The notes beneath the pieces are model-generated. The model did no database searches and was not told the origin of the DNA. It saw only the letters and a list, made by a program, of their open reading frames with translations. A program made the translations under genes and the position numbers. Below are positions 38,444 to 50,183 of a stretch of DNA of 64,000 nt, in pieces. Numbering within the stretch: position 1 is the first letter of the stretch; every line of letters starts with the position of its first letter. Source of the DNA: an uncultured delta proteobacterium (GTDB lineage Bacteria; Myxococcota; UBA727; VGSZ01); NCBI GenBank assembly GCA_963775425.1, contig CAVZJB010000012.1, forward strand, positions 96,001-160,000, written 5' to 3'.

Positions 38444-39913
38444 TCAGGACAGCGCGAGGGGCAGCTTGGCGCCGTCGGCGGTGACGGCGCACAGCTCGAG
38501 CTCGTACTCGCGGTTCATGCGGGCCTCGAGGAACAGCGGGCCCTCGTGGAGCTTGAGCCACATCTCGTCGACCCGCGCCGAGCCGAGGATCTCGCGCTCC
38601 GTCGACGTCGACGAGACCGCCTCGTAAAACGCCATCACCAGCGGTCCGCGCGGGGGGCGCGACAGCGACAGCTTGCGCACACACGGCACCACCGACGACG
38701 GCACCACCACCTCCTGCGTGGCCCCGCCGGCGGACATGAAGCCGATCGACATCGGGGCGACGTCGGTCATGATGTGCAGCCCGTTGGCGAACAGCGCCGC
38801 GCCCTCCGCGACGGCGAGGTCGGGGTCCGGCTGCCGCGCCTCGTCGTACCTGAACACGCTGGTCAGGCGGTCGCGCAGCGCGGGCATGCGGGTCATGCCG
38901 CCGATGAACAGGATGCAGCCGACGTCGGCGCGCGCCTTCTTCGCCTTGGCGAGCATCTCGTCGCACAGGCCGAGCGCGCGCTCGATGAGCGGCGCCGTGA
39001 GCATCTCGAGCTCGGCGCGCGGCAGCCCGCGCTCGATGGAGACGAAGCCCGTGGACGTCCCCGCGATGCAGCGGACCTGGATCACCGCGCGCTCGGCGGT
39101 GGAGAGCTTCACCTTGGCGTGCTCGGCGGCGAACGACAGCCGCTGCATGACGACGGGGTCAGCGCGCAGATCGCTGCCCGTGGCCTCCCGGTATTGGTTG
39201 ACGATGACGTCGACGACCTTGGCGTCGAAGTCGTTGCCGCCGAGGAAGCCGTCGCCGGACGTCGCGAGCACCTGCAACAAGCCGCTCTTTGCCTGCAGCA
39301 GCGTGCAGTCGAAGGTGCCGCCGCCGAGGTCGAACACGAGGATGAGGTCGTCGGACTGTTGCCGCTGCGCGAACAGCGCGGCGCTGGTGGGCTCGTTGAG
39401 GATGGCCACGACGTCGAGCCCCGCCATCTCCGCCGCCTGCCGCAGCGCGCGCCGCTGGCGAAAGCCCGCGTGCGCCGGCACCGTGAGCACGCACTGCTCG
39501 AGCGCCGCGCCCGCCGCCACGTTGGCCAGCTCCCCCACGCGCTGGATCACGTGGAAGGTGGTCTCCACCACCGGGCGCACGCGCCCGTGACACTCCACGG
39601 CGACGTCGCCGTCAGGGCCGGCGACGATCTTGTAGGGGAAGCGGTCCTTCACGCGGTGGACGAAGTCGCTCGCGTAGCGTCGTCCCAGGAAGCGCTTGAA
39701 GCCGTAGATGGTGTGGTCGGGGTCGGCGAGCGCCATCTCCTTGGCGCTCTGCCCGGCGAGCACGCCGCCCTTGCCGTCGTACCAGACCACCGTGGGCATG
39801 CTGAGGCCGCCGTCGTCCCGCAGCGGCACCGGCCGCACCACACCCTGCTCGTCCGACCAGGCGGCGGTGGTGTTGGTCGTGCCGAAGTCGATGCCGAGGA
39901 TTCGCTTGCCCAT
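38444..39913 (-). CDS. Hsp70-family protein (atypical, short C-terminus)
   Basis: GIDFGTTN, TVPAH, NEPTSAA, FDLGGGTFD, LGGNDFD and GGMTRMP motifs; lacks the full DnaK lid. Confidence 0.92.
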   Translation of the reverse strand: MGKRILGIDFGTTNTTAAWSDEQGVVRPVPLRDDGGLSMPTVVWYDGKGGVLAGQSAKEMALADPDHTIYGFKRFLGRRYASDFVHRVKDRFPYKIVAGPDGDVAVECHGRVRPVVETTFHVIQRVGELANVAAGAALEQCVLTVPAHAGFRQRRALRQAAEMAGLDVVAILNEPTSAALFAQRQQSDDLILVFDLGGGTFDCTLLQAKSGLLQVLATSGDGFLGGNDFDAKVVDVIVNQYREATGSDLRADPVVMQRLSFAAEHAKVKLSTAERAVIQVRCIAGTSTGFVSIERGLPRAELEMLTAPLIERALGLCDEMLAKAKKARADVGCILFIGGMTRMPALRDRLTSVFRYDEARQPDPDLAVAEGAALFANGLHIMTDVAPMSIGFMSAGGATQEVVVPSSVVPCVRKLSLSRPPRGPLVMAFYEAVSSTSTEREILGSARVDEMWLKLHEGPLFLEARMNREYELELCAVTADGAKLPLALS

Positions 39914-39988
39914 GATCAGAACGCTAATACGGCTGACCCTTGGACGTGCGATCGTCAAGACGACCGAGGCATCCGGGCCGGGGCTCCG

Positions 39989-42900
39989 TCAGCCGCCGCC
40001 GACGAATGTACACGTGCAGGTGCTCGGGTTGCACAGCTCGGTGGCGGGGTTGCACTGATCGTTGCAGTTGGCGCCGCAGGTGCAGCCGCACAGATCGGTG
40101 TTCGCGTCGTGGCGCGCGTCGCACGCGAGGTTGGCGGTGTCGCAGACGCAGCCGCAGACATCGTCGTCCCAGACGAAGCCTGCGCGGCAGGACAGCTCGC
40201 CGTCGCAGACGCAGGCGCAGGCGTCGAGGTCGCAGCGCTCCACGCCGGTGCAGGTGCTGCAGATGGTGCACGCGGGCTGCGGCGGGTCGGCCACGGGGCT
40301 CTGGTCGATCCACGTCGTGTAGGAGATGGCGATGAGCGCGCCGGTGTGCGCCGGATCCGGTCGGCAGTCGCCGAAGAACGCGACGGTGCGCGTGACGGGG
40401 TCGACGTCGAAGCCGTTGTCGCGCGAGCGCGGCACGTCGTCGGTGTTGCACGCGCCGATCGTGCTGCCGGCGTCCACGGCGACCTTCACGGTGGACGTGA
40501 TGGGGGTCTTGCTGAGCACGTACGGCGAGGCCCCGACGATGGCCGCGTCGAGGATGGCGTTGACGGCGGTGGGGATGGAGGCGAGGTCGTTGATGGCGCC
40601 GGTGACGCCGCCGAAGCGATTGATGACCGACTGCAGGACGCGGGGGTTGTTGAAGCGGTTCTCGCCGCAGTTGGTCCCGTCGGGGCAGACGATGCCGCCC
40701 ATCTGCACGCTGCGCACGGGCAGCGCGCGGAAGAACTGCTCGTAGGCGTCGACCACGGCGCCGACGGCGGCCGCGTCGCTCGACGAAGCGATGTGTCCCT
40801 GATCGTCGGCGTCGCCGACGAAGATGACGACGAGGTTCGTGTCCTGTCGCAACTGTTGCGCGCTCGGCGTGAGCGACGCGGGCAGGAACGTCGCCGAGCC
40901 GTTGACGCCGCCGGAAGTGAGGAGGTCCTGCGCGCCGGTGGCGATCGACTCGATGGCCTGGTTGCACGAAAAGCCGTTGACGTTGCCGGCGCCCAGCCAT
41001 GACGCGGAGGGCGGGCTCGATGTGAACCACGCGATCATCGTGGCCAGATCGGAGGTCCACTGGCGGCACTGGCTGCCGGTGTTCTCCGCGCACGCCGCAG
41101 CGGTGCAGCCCGCGTGCGCCGGGGGCACGTCGAACGCGCTGGTGACGGCGGCGGTGCGGAAGTCGATGCCCGCGTTGGTGATGCGCTGCTCCACGGCGGC
41201 GCCGGCGGTGGCCACCGCCTGCTGGAATGACGCCATGGACACGGAGTTGTCCACCGCCCACAGCACGTCGAGCTCGCCGTCGCCCGCGCTCGGCAGGCGA
41301 TCGCAGGTCGCGCCGGTGGTGTCGGCGGCCTGGCCGAGCGCGCTGCCGTCGCCGAGGTCCTTCACGAGGAACCCGGACGTGGTGCCGTCGAGCTCCGCCG
41401 GCGTGAGGGCGATGAGCACGATGGTGGTGAGGTCGCTCCGGCGCACCATCTCGGCGGCCACGGTGAAGCCGTCGGTGGCGGGCGTGTCGGCGGCGACGTC
41501 GAAGGCGCCGGCGGCGCCGCCGAGGAGGGCGGCGATGAGGGCGTTGGCGCGCGCCTTGGCGCCTACGGTGCCGGCCATGTGATAGCTCGCCTGCACCGCC
41601 GGGTAGCCGTCCCACGTGGTGAAGGTGCGCGTCAGCGCCTGGCTGACGGCGCCGATGCCGTTCAACACGCCGCGCACCTGCGCCTCGTCGGCGGTGGGGT
41701 CGGCGCCCGCGGGCGCGCGGTGCACGGCGACGAACGCCACGCGCGTGCCGGGATCGTGGCCCGCGACGCCGACGGGCGCGTTGGCGGGATCGACGAGGGT
41801 GACGGCGTCGTCGAACCGGATGCCGTCGCGCAGCGGCACCACCACCTGGATGTCGGCCTCGGGCACGGTGCGCCGCGACAGCGGCACGAGGCCGTCGAGC
41901 GAGCACGCCGCCTGGATGGTGGGGTTGCTGCCGTCGCCGTTGTCGTTGGGATCGAGCTCGCCCGGGTCGACCTTGCCGTCCTGGTTCGCGTCCTCGGCGC
42001 CGTCGGGGACGCCGTCGCCGTCCGTGTCCGGGTTGTTCGGATCGGTGGTCGTCGCCGGGTCGACGTCGCCGGGGAAGGCGTCGCAGTAGCCGACGGCGTC
42101 GCGCGCGGGCGCGCCGAGCTCGATGCCGTCTTTGACGCCGTCGCCGTCGCTGTCGGCGTTGTCGGGGTCGGTGTGGGTGACCGTGACCTCTTCGAAGTCG
42201 CCGACGCCGTCGCAGTCGGTGTCGATCTGCGTCGGATCGCTCTCGCCGCGCTCCACGACGCCGTCCGCGTTCAGGTCCTCGCCGCCGACGCACACGCCGG
42301 CGACGCTGCTCGGCCCGTCGCACAAGCCGTCGCCGTCGGTGTCGGGGTTTTGGGGATCGGGATCGAGGGCGTCGGGCAGGCCGTCGCCGTCGGCGTCGGC
42401 GACGTGGGGCACGGGATCGTCGTCGCCGCCGGTGCACACGGGCGGCACGTCGTTGGGTCCGTCGCACAGGCCGTCGCCGTCGCTGTCGGGGTTGTTGGGA
42501 TCGGTCTCCTGGTTCACGTCGACGCAGCCGTCGGCGCTCTCGTCTTCTCCGCCGGCGCAGACCCCGGCCACGTCGTTGGGTCCGTCGCACAGGCCGTCGC
42601 CGTCGGTGTCGGCGCCGGTGGGATCGGTGCGGGACTGCGGGCACGCGTCGCCGGCGAACTGCGTGCACAGCGGGTCGACGCTGCTGGTGCGGCCGAGCTC
42701 GACGCCGTCTGCGATGCCGTCGCCGTCGCTGTCGGGGTCGCCGGGATCGGTGGTGGCGCCGCCGGGGTAGACGGTGCCGAATTCCTCGGCGTCGCTCAGC
42801 CCGTCGCAGTCGCTGTCGAGGACGGCGTTGTCGGGGTTGTTGGGATCGGGGGTGCGGACGGGGTCGCCCTCACCTTCGCCCTCTCCCTCTCCCTCTCCCT

Positions 42901-42997
42901 CTCCCTCGCCCTCCGCGGGCGTGCCGACGCAGCCGTCGCACGCGGCGAGCGGACAGAGCATGACAAAGGCGACGCAACCGACGTGGAGGCGAAGCAT
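39989..42997 (-). CDS. cglD: CglD-like gliding/adhesion lipoprotein, copy 1 (Ca-binding DxDxDG repeats, vWA, Cys-rich tail)
   Basis: Lipobox LAAC, (GE)n linker, LDSDCDGLSDAEEF, many TDP...DxDGDG repeats, MIDAS-like VDNSVSM and FVGDADDQ. Confidence 0.72.
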   Translation of the reverse strand: MLRLHVGCVAFVMLCPLAACDGCVGTPAEGEGEGEGEGEGEGEGDPVRTPDPNNPDNAVLDSDCDGLSDAEEFGTVYPGGATTDPGDPDSDGDGIADGVELGRTSSVDPLCTQFAGDACPQSRTDPTGADTDGDGLCDGPNDVAGVCAGGEDESADGCVDVNQETDPNNPDSDGDGLCDGPNDVPPVCTGGDDDPVPHVADADGDGLPDALDPDPQNPDTDGDGLCDGPSSVAGVCVGGEDLNADGVVERGESDPTQIDTDCDGVGDFEEVTVTHTDPDNADSDGDGVKDGIELGAPARDAVGYCDAFPGDVDPATTTDPNNPDTDGDGVPDGAEDANQDGKVDPGELDPNDNGDGSNPTIQAACSLDGLVPLSRRTVPEADIQVVVPLRDGIRFDDAVTLVDPANAPVGVAGHDPGTRVAFVAVHRAPAGADPTADEAQVRGVLNGIGAVSQALTRTFTTWDGYPAVQASYHMAGTVGAKARANALIAALLGGAAGAFDVAADTPATDGFTVAAEMVRRSDLTTIVLIALTPAELDGTTSGFLVKDLGDGSALGQAADTTGATCDRLPSAGDGELDVLWAVDNSVSMASFQQAVATAGAAVEQRITNAGIDFRTAAVTSAFDVPPAHAGCTAAACAENTGSQCRQWTSDLATMIAWFTSSPPSASWLGAGNVNGFSCNQAIESIATGAQDLLTSGGVNGSATFLPASLTPSAQQLRQDTNLVVIFVGDADDQGHIASSSDAAAVGAVVDAYEQFFRALPVRSVQMGGIVCPDGTNCGENRFNNPRVLQSVINRFGGVTGAINDLASIPTAVNAILDAAIVGASPYVLSKTPITSTVKVAVDAGSTIGACNTDDVPRSRDNGFDVDPVTRTVAFFGDCRPDPAHTGALIAISYTTWIDQSPVADPPQPACTICSTCTGVERCDLDACACVCDGELSCRAGFVWDDDVCGCVCDTANLACDARHDANTDLCGCTCGANCNDQCNPATELCNPSTCTCTFVGGG

Positions 42998-43111
42998 GGG
43001 GGACCTCTTGGTGTCACGATAGCGCCGCCGGGCGGCGGCATCGCGAAGGCGGCCCGACGGCTGGGGCGCGCGCGCCTCAGGGGCGATGTAGGTCTCGCCC
43101 CCACGTGCTCG

Positions 43112-46075
43112 TCATCCGCCGCCGACGAAGGCGCAGGCGCAGGTGCTCAGGTTGCACAGCTCGGTGGCGGGGTCGCACTGGTCGTTGCAGTTGGTGCCGC
43201 AGGTGCAGCCGCACAGGTCGGTGTTGGCGTTGTGCCGCACGTCGCAGGCGAGGTTGGCGGTGTCGCAGACGCAGCCGCACACGGCGTCGTCCCAGACGAA
43301 GCCGGCGCGGCAGGACAGCTCGCCGTCGCAGACGCAGGCGCAGGCGTCGAGGTCGCAGCGCTCGACGCCGGTGCAGCTCCCGCACACGTTGCACGCCGGC
43401 TGCGGCGGATCGGCCTGCGGGCTCTGATCGATCCACGTGCGGTAGGAGACCGCGATGAGCGAGCCGGTCTGGTCCGGATCGGGGCGGCAGTCGCCGAAGA
43501 ACGCGACGGTGCGCGTGACGGGGTCGACGTCGAAGCCGTCCTGGCGCGAGCGCGGCACGTCGCTGGTGTCGCACGCGCCGATGGTGCTGCCGGCGTCCAT
43601 GGCCACCTTCACCGTCGACGTGATGGGATCCTTGTCGAGCACGTAGGGCGATGCGCCGACGATGGCGGCGTCGAGGATGCCGTTGAGCGCGTCGGGGATG
43701 GTGGCCACGTCGCGCAGCGATCCGATCACGCCGCCGAAGTTGTCGATGAGCCCGCGCACCACGCGCGGGTCGCGCTGCGTCTCGCCGCAGCCCGAGGTGC
43801 CGGTGGTGCCCGGGCAGATGATGCCGCCGAGCTGCACGCTGCGCACCGGCAGGTTCTGGAAGAACTGGGTGTACGTGTCGATGCCCTGCTGCGCGTTGGC
43901 GTTCGGGAAGAACTGATCGTCGGCGTCGCCGAGGAAGATGACGAGCAGGTTGCCGCCCTCCTGCAGGTGGACGGAGTCCGGCGTGGCCTGCGCCGGCAGG
44001 AACGTGAACGTGTCCGCGACGAAGGCGGGGTCGCTCGGATCGGTGAGCACCATCTGCGCGCCGCGGCCGATGGCCTCGGTGGCCTGGTTGCAGCCGCCGT
44101 CGACGCTGCCGGCGCCGAACCACGCGGGATCGTCGACGGTGAACCACGTGGCCATGCGCGAGAGGTCGTTCGTGAACTCGCGGCACTGGTGGAGGATGTC
44201 GTCGGCGCACCCGGCGTTGACGCACTCGGCGCGCGGCGGGCTGAAGAAGGCGCTGGTGACGCCGGCGGTGCGGAAGTCGACGCCGGCGTTGCCGAGCCGC
44301 GCCGCGGCCGCGTCCGCCGACGTCGCCACCGCCTGCTGCTCGTCGGCCATGGACGCCGAGTTGTCGACGGACCACAGGATGTCGAGCTGCGCGAAGCCCT
44401 CGCTCGGCAGGCGGTCGCACTGCACGCCGGTGGTGTCGACGGCCTGCGCGAGCGCGCTGCCGTCGGCGAGGTCCTTGACGAGGAAGCCCGACGGGCCGTC
44501 GGCGAGCTCCGCGGGCGTGACGGCGACGAGCACGATGGTGGTGAGGTCGCTGCGGCGCACGACCTCGGCAGCGACGACGAAGCCGCTGGTGGAGGCGGGG
44601 TCGTCGTTGAGGTCGAAGCCGCCGGCGGCGCCGCCGACGAGCGCGTTGATGATCGCGTTGGCTCGCGCTTTGGTGCCCGCGTTGCCCGCCATGGCGTAGG
44701 TGGCCTGCACGGCCGGGAAGCCGTCCCACGTGGTGAAGGAGCGCGTGAGCGCGCTCGAGACGGCGCCCACCCCGTTCAGCAGCGTCTGGAGCTGCGCCTC
44801 GTCGGCGCCCGCGTCGGCGCCGGCCGGTGAGCGGTGCACGGCGACGAAGGCGACGCGGTTCGTTCAATCGTGTCCCGCGACGCCGACGGGCGCGCCGCCG
44901 GCGTCGCGCAAGAGCACGTTGTCGGCGAAGGCGTTGCCGTCTCTGCGGGGGACGACGACCTGGACGTCGGCCTCGGGCACGGTGCGAGACAACAGCGGCA
45001 CGAGGTTGTCGAGGGCGCACGCGGCCTGCACGGTGGGATCGTTGCCGTCGGCGGGATCGTTGGGGTCGAGCTCGCCGTCGTCGACCTTGCCGTTCTGGTT
45101 TGGGTCTTCGGCGCCGTCGGGGACGCCGTCGCCGTCGCTGTCGGCGTTGTTCGGGTCGGTGGTGGTGGTGCCGTCGGCGTCGCCCGCGAAGGCGGGGCAC
45201 GACCCGAGGGGGCCGCGCGCGCCCTTGCCGAGCTCGACGCCGTCGAGGATGCCGTCGCCGTCGCTGTCGGCGTTGGACGGATCCGTGTGGGTGACGTTGA
45301 CCTCCTCGTCGTCGTTGACGCCGTCGCAGTCGGTGTCGACCTCGGTGGGGCTCGACTCGCCGCGATCGACGAAGCCGTTGCCGTTGAGGTCTTCGCCCGC
45401 GGTGCACACGCCGGCGACGGTGGCGTTCCCGTCGCAGAGCCCGTCGCCGTCGGTGTCGGGGTTGTTGGGGTCGGGGTCGAGGGCGTCGGCGAGGCCGTCG
45501 CCGTCGGCGTCGGCGACGTGCGGAACGGGATCGTCGTCGCCGCCGGTGCACACGGGGGGCACGTCGACGGGGCCGTCGCAGAGGCCGTCGCCGTCGCTGT
45601 CGGGGTTGTTGGGGTCGGTCTCGGCGTTGACGTTGACGCAGCCGTCGCCGTTTGCGTCTTCGGCGCCGTCGTCGAGGCCGTCGCCGTCGGTGTCGGCGCC
45701 GACGGGATCGGTGCGCGTCTGCGGGCACTGGTCGCCGGTGAAGTGCGTGCACAGCGGGTCGACGCTGGAGGTGCGCCCGGCCTCGACGCCGTCCTTGATG
45801 CCGTCGCCGTCGCTGTCGGGGTTGCCGGGATCGGTGGTGGCGCCGCCGGCGTAGACGGTGCCGAATTCCTCTGCGTCGCTGAGGCCGTCGCAGTCGCTGT
45901 CGAGGTTGGCGTTGTCGGGGTTTTGGGGGTCGGGGGTGCGAATGGGATCGCCTTCGCCCTCGCCTTCGCCTTCGCCTTCGCCCTCGCCTTCGGCGGCGGG
46001 GGTGCCGGCGCAGTCGCAACCGGCGAGCGGGCAAAGCATGAGCATGGCGACGCAGCCGACGTGCAGGCGCAGCAT
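43112..46075 (-). pseudogene. cglD: CglD-like lipoprotein, copy 2, interrupted by in-frame TGA at 44864-44866
   Basis: Colinear with copy 1 throughout. GHD*TNRVAFVAVH aligns with GHDPGTRVAFVAVH and both halves are in the same frame. Confidence 0.7.
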
Positions 46076-46189
46076 GGGGACCTCTGACCTCCGACGATAT
46101 CGCCGCGGCGTCTGCGGATCGCTCGTTCGAGTGCGCGATGCGGCGTGGGCCTCCGCCGCGTGTACGTGCCGCACGCACCCGGGCTCGGC

Positions 46190-46735
46190 TCAGCGCGGGC
46201 GGAGCAGGCGGAGCAGGCCGGTGGCGTCGACGACGATGCCGTGGATGTCGCCGAAGCGGACGCTGTCGCCGGAGAGCACCGCCACCGGCGGCCCCTCGTT
46301 CTGGCGGGGGACGCGCACGCCGCGGGTGAAGGTGCCGTTGGAGGAGCGGACGTCCTGCAGGAGGAGCCGGCCGTCGGCGTGCTCGCGGAAGAACGCGTGG
46401 AAGCGCGAGACGCTCTGGTCGGGCAGGAAGATGTCGTTGCCCTCGTTTCTGCCGACGGCGATGAAGTCGAACTGTGTCGAGGGCAGCCGCTTCACGCGAA
46501 AGACCAACTGCTCGTCGGAGGACGCGGCGCCGAGGAAGCTGCCGGTGGGCGAGCGCGGCGACACCGCGTCGACGCTGCCGGTGGGGTCGTCCCCGAACTC
46601 CTCGCTCGAGCCGTTGCCGTCCGCCTTGCGCGGCCGCGCCACCAGGAACCACGTGGAGAGCGCGCGCAGGCTCTCGACGCTGAGCGTGGGGTCCTCGAGG
46701 TACGCGCTCCACGGCGCGCCGTTGCCGAACATCAT
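46190..46735 (-). CDS. FHA-domain protein
   Basis: VGRNEGNDI...SVSRFHA...DVRSSNGT...GDSVRFG FHA signature. Confidence 0.88.
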   Translation of the reverse strand: MMFGNGAPWSAYLEDPTLSVESLRALSTWFLVARPRKADGNGSSEEFGDDPTGSVDAVSPRSPTGSFLGAASSDEQLVFRVKRLPSTQFDFIAVGRNEGNDIFLPDQSVSRFHAFFREHADGRLLLQDVRSSNGTFTRGVRVPRQNEGPPVAVLSGDSVRFGDIHGIVVDATGLLRLLRPR

Positions 46736-46754
46736 CGAGCCGACCCTAGCAGCC

Positions 46755-47138
46755 TCACTGCGAGCAAAGACAAGTCGTCTCGTCGATGGAGAAAGCATCG
46801 CTGCACGTGAACGTCGCCGCCGCAGGGTCGCACACGCATTGCGTCGGGAAGTCACCGGCGTCGTCGCCGCACGTGGCGTCGACGGGAAAGCCCGCGACGA
46901 CGCACTCCGCGCCGGTGGTGCACGACACCGGCGCGTCGACCTCGGGCATGGGCAGGCACACCGTGGGGCTGGTGGTGACCTGTACGTCCTCCGGCAGGCA
47001 CACGCGATCGGCGGCGCAATCGGATGAGCTCGAACAGGTTTCGCCGATGGTGGTGTCCGGGAAGACGCAGCCCCCGAGCGCGCCCGCGACGAAGGCGACG
47101 ACGACGACGACGACGACGACGGCGACGCGCGCGCTCAC
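46755..47138 (-). CDS. small Cys-rich lipoprotein
   Basis: GTG start overlapping the upstream TGA; poly-Val signal, lipobox LGGC, CSSSSDCAADRVC. Confidence 0.72.
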   Translation of the reverse strand: MSARVAVVVVVVVVAFVAGALGGCVFPDTTIGETCSSSSDCAADRVCLPEDVQVTTSPTVCLPMPEVDAPVSCTTGAECVVAGFPVDATCGDDAGDFPTQCVCDPAAATFTCSDAFSIDETTCLCSQ

Positions 47139-48014
47139 TCGTCGCCTCCATCGGCGGTCACGCCCCAGTATGTGCCCCAGGCGGCCACGCCGCCGAGGGG
47201 GATGCACAGGCAGCCGAGCGGCACGAGCAAGCAGTTGTTGACGACGCTGGCGTCGTCGGCGGCGCGGCCCGCCTCGGCGAGCGCCTTGCGGTTCTTGGCG
47301 TTGTCGTTGGCGCTGTAGTCGAGGAGCGCCTGGTTGAGCTCCGACTCCGAGCCGAGCGCGTAGAGGTACGACAGCGTGCCGGTGGTGCCGAGCACCAGCG
47401 CGAGGCTGCCGCCGCCGAAGGCCATGATCCACGGCAGCGCGCCCGGGCCCTCGTGCTTCTCGGGCGCGCCGCCGCCGGCCACGCCGCCCGCGACGCCCCC
47501 GGTGTGCGCGGCCGTCTTGTGCGCGAGCACCGGCGCCTTGTCGATCAGAATCGTCCGCCATGTGCTCGGCCTGGGCCGCCAGCGCCTCGACGCTGTCGGC
47601 GGTGGTGGAGACCTGCGCAGTGACCTTGAGGCTCTCGGAGTCGAACAGCTCCGCGCGCATCAACCAGCGGCCGCCGATCTGCGACGCGCGTGTGGCCACC
47701 ACCCAACGGGCATCGAGGGCGCCTGCAATCTCGCTCATGCACGACGCGTCGTCACAGCCGGCGCTGAGCTTGTCGGCGGCGACCGCGAGCCGATCGCGCA
47801 CGCTCGACGACGGAACAATCTCGGCGTCGGTGCGTTGCTCGAGCATGGTGGCCAACAGGTCGCCGTACGCCTTCACCTTGGGCAGGTAGGCGTCGTCGGC
47901 GCGGGTCTCGAGCACCAGCACCCGCGCGCGCCCGGTCTCCGGCGGGTGGGCAGGTGCGTGCGCGGCCGGCGGCGCCGGCTCGGCGACGGCGAGCATGGCG
48001 AGCAGCGCGAGCAT
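47135..48014 (-). pseudogene. 'GCDxxSC' secreted protein with C-terminal hydrophobic helices, +1 frameshift near 47549
   Basis: Signal peptide and AGCDDASCMSEIAGALDA. Removing one T from GAC GAT T CTG ATC joins this frame to ORF 47135-47530. May be a sequencing error. Confidence 0.65.
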
Positions 48015-48073
48015 CCCCGGGCTTTTCCCACGAACGGCTTGACGACGCCAGACGGGCGGCGCACACAGGCCCC

Positions 48074-48588
48074 ATGCTCTCCGAAGCCACGCGCTCCTCC
48101 ATCGAGAACGAGGTCGCGAAGTACCCGCAGAAGAAGACCGCGCTCCTGCCGTCCTTGAAGCTCGCGCAAAAGGAGAAGGGCTGGCTGTCGCACGAGACCC
48201 TCGCGGAGGTCGCCGGGCTCGTGGGGCTGCCCCACAGCCACGCCGTCGAGCTCGCCACGTTCTACTCGATGCTCTTCACCGACAAGGTCGCGCCCGTGCG
48301 CGTCGAGGTCTGCGTGCAGCTCCCCTGCGCGCTGGTGGGCGCCGAGGACACCGCCAGGAAGCTCGCCGACAAGCTCGGCATCACCCTCGAAGGGCCGCCG
48401 CACAAGGCGCACGGGCACACGAGCGATCACCAGATCGAGCTGCACACCACGGTCGAGTGCTACGGCTCCTGCCACCGCGCCCCCATGTGCCGCGTGGGCG
48501 ACGACTACCGCGAGCACATCAAGGCCGACGCCGACGTCGACAAGCTCGCCGCCGAGCTGAAGGCCCGCGCGTCGAAGGGAGGTGCCGC

Positions 48589-48592
<4 letters not shown>
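48074..48592 (+). CDS. nuoE: NADH-quinone oxidoreductase subunit E
   Basis: KYPQKKTALLP, ATFYSM, CVQLPC and ECYGSCHRAP (2Fe-2S ligands). Confidence 0.93.
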
Positions 48593-49890
<1,298 letters not shown>

Positions 49891-49925
49891 CCCGCTTGTC
49901 CCCCGCGTCGAAAGACCCCCTGAGC

Positions 49926-50183
49926 TCAGCCGCCGCTGAGGGCCTGGACGATCTGCACCTCGTCGTTCGCGCGCACGGGCGCGTCGAGCGAGCGGACCTG
50001 CGCCCCGTTGATGAAGAAGCGCATGTGGCGCCGCATGCCGCCCTGCTCGTCGATCATGCGAAAGCGGATGCCCGGATAGCGCCGGTCGAGATCGAGGAGG
50101 ACCTCGTCGAGCGTGGCGCCGTGGGCGTCCACCTCGGCGCGGCTGGTGTACGACAGCAGCGGGCTCGGGATGAGGACCTTCAC
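49926..50183 (-). CDS. MoaD/ThiS-family ubiquitin-like protein
   Basis: 85 aa beta-grasp pattern VLIPSPL...YPGI...FFING, ending ALSGG; GTGA overlap with the upstream gene. Confidence 0.88.
   Translation of the reverse strand: MKVLIPSPLLSYTSRAEVDAHGATLDEVLLDLDRRYPGIRFRMIDEQGGMRRHMRFFINGAQVRSLDAPVRANDEVQIVQALSGG

Noticed and set aside
44864-44866. Selenocysteine or genome-wide TGA recoding
   Set aside because: The aligned residue in the paralog is Pro, I see no convincing SECIS, and most genes in the window end normally at TGA.
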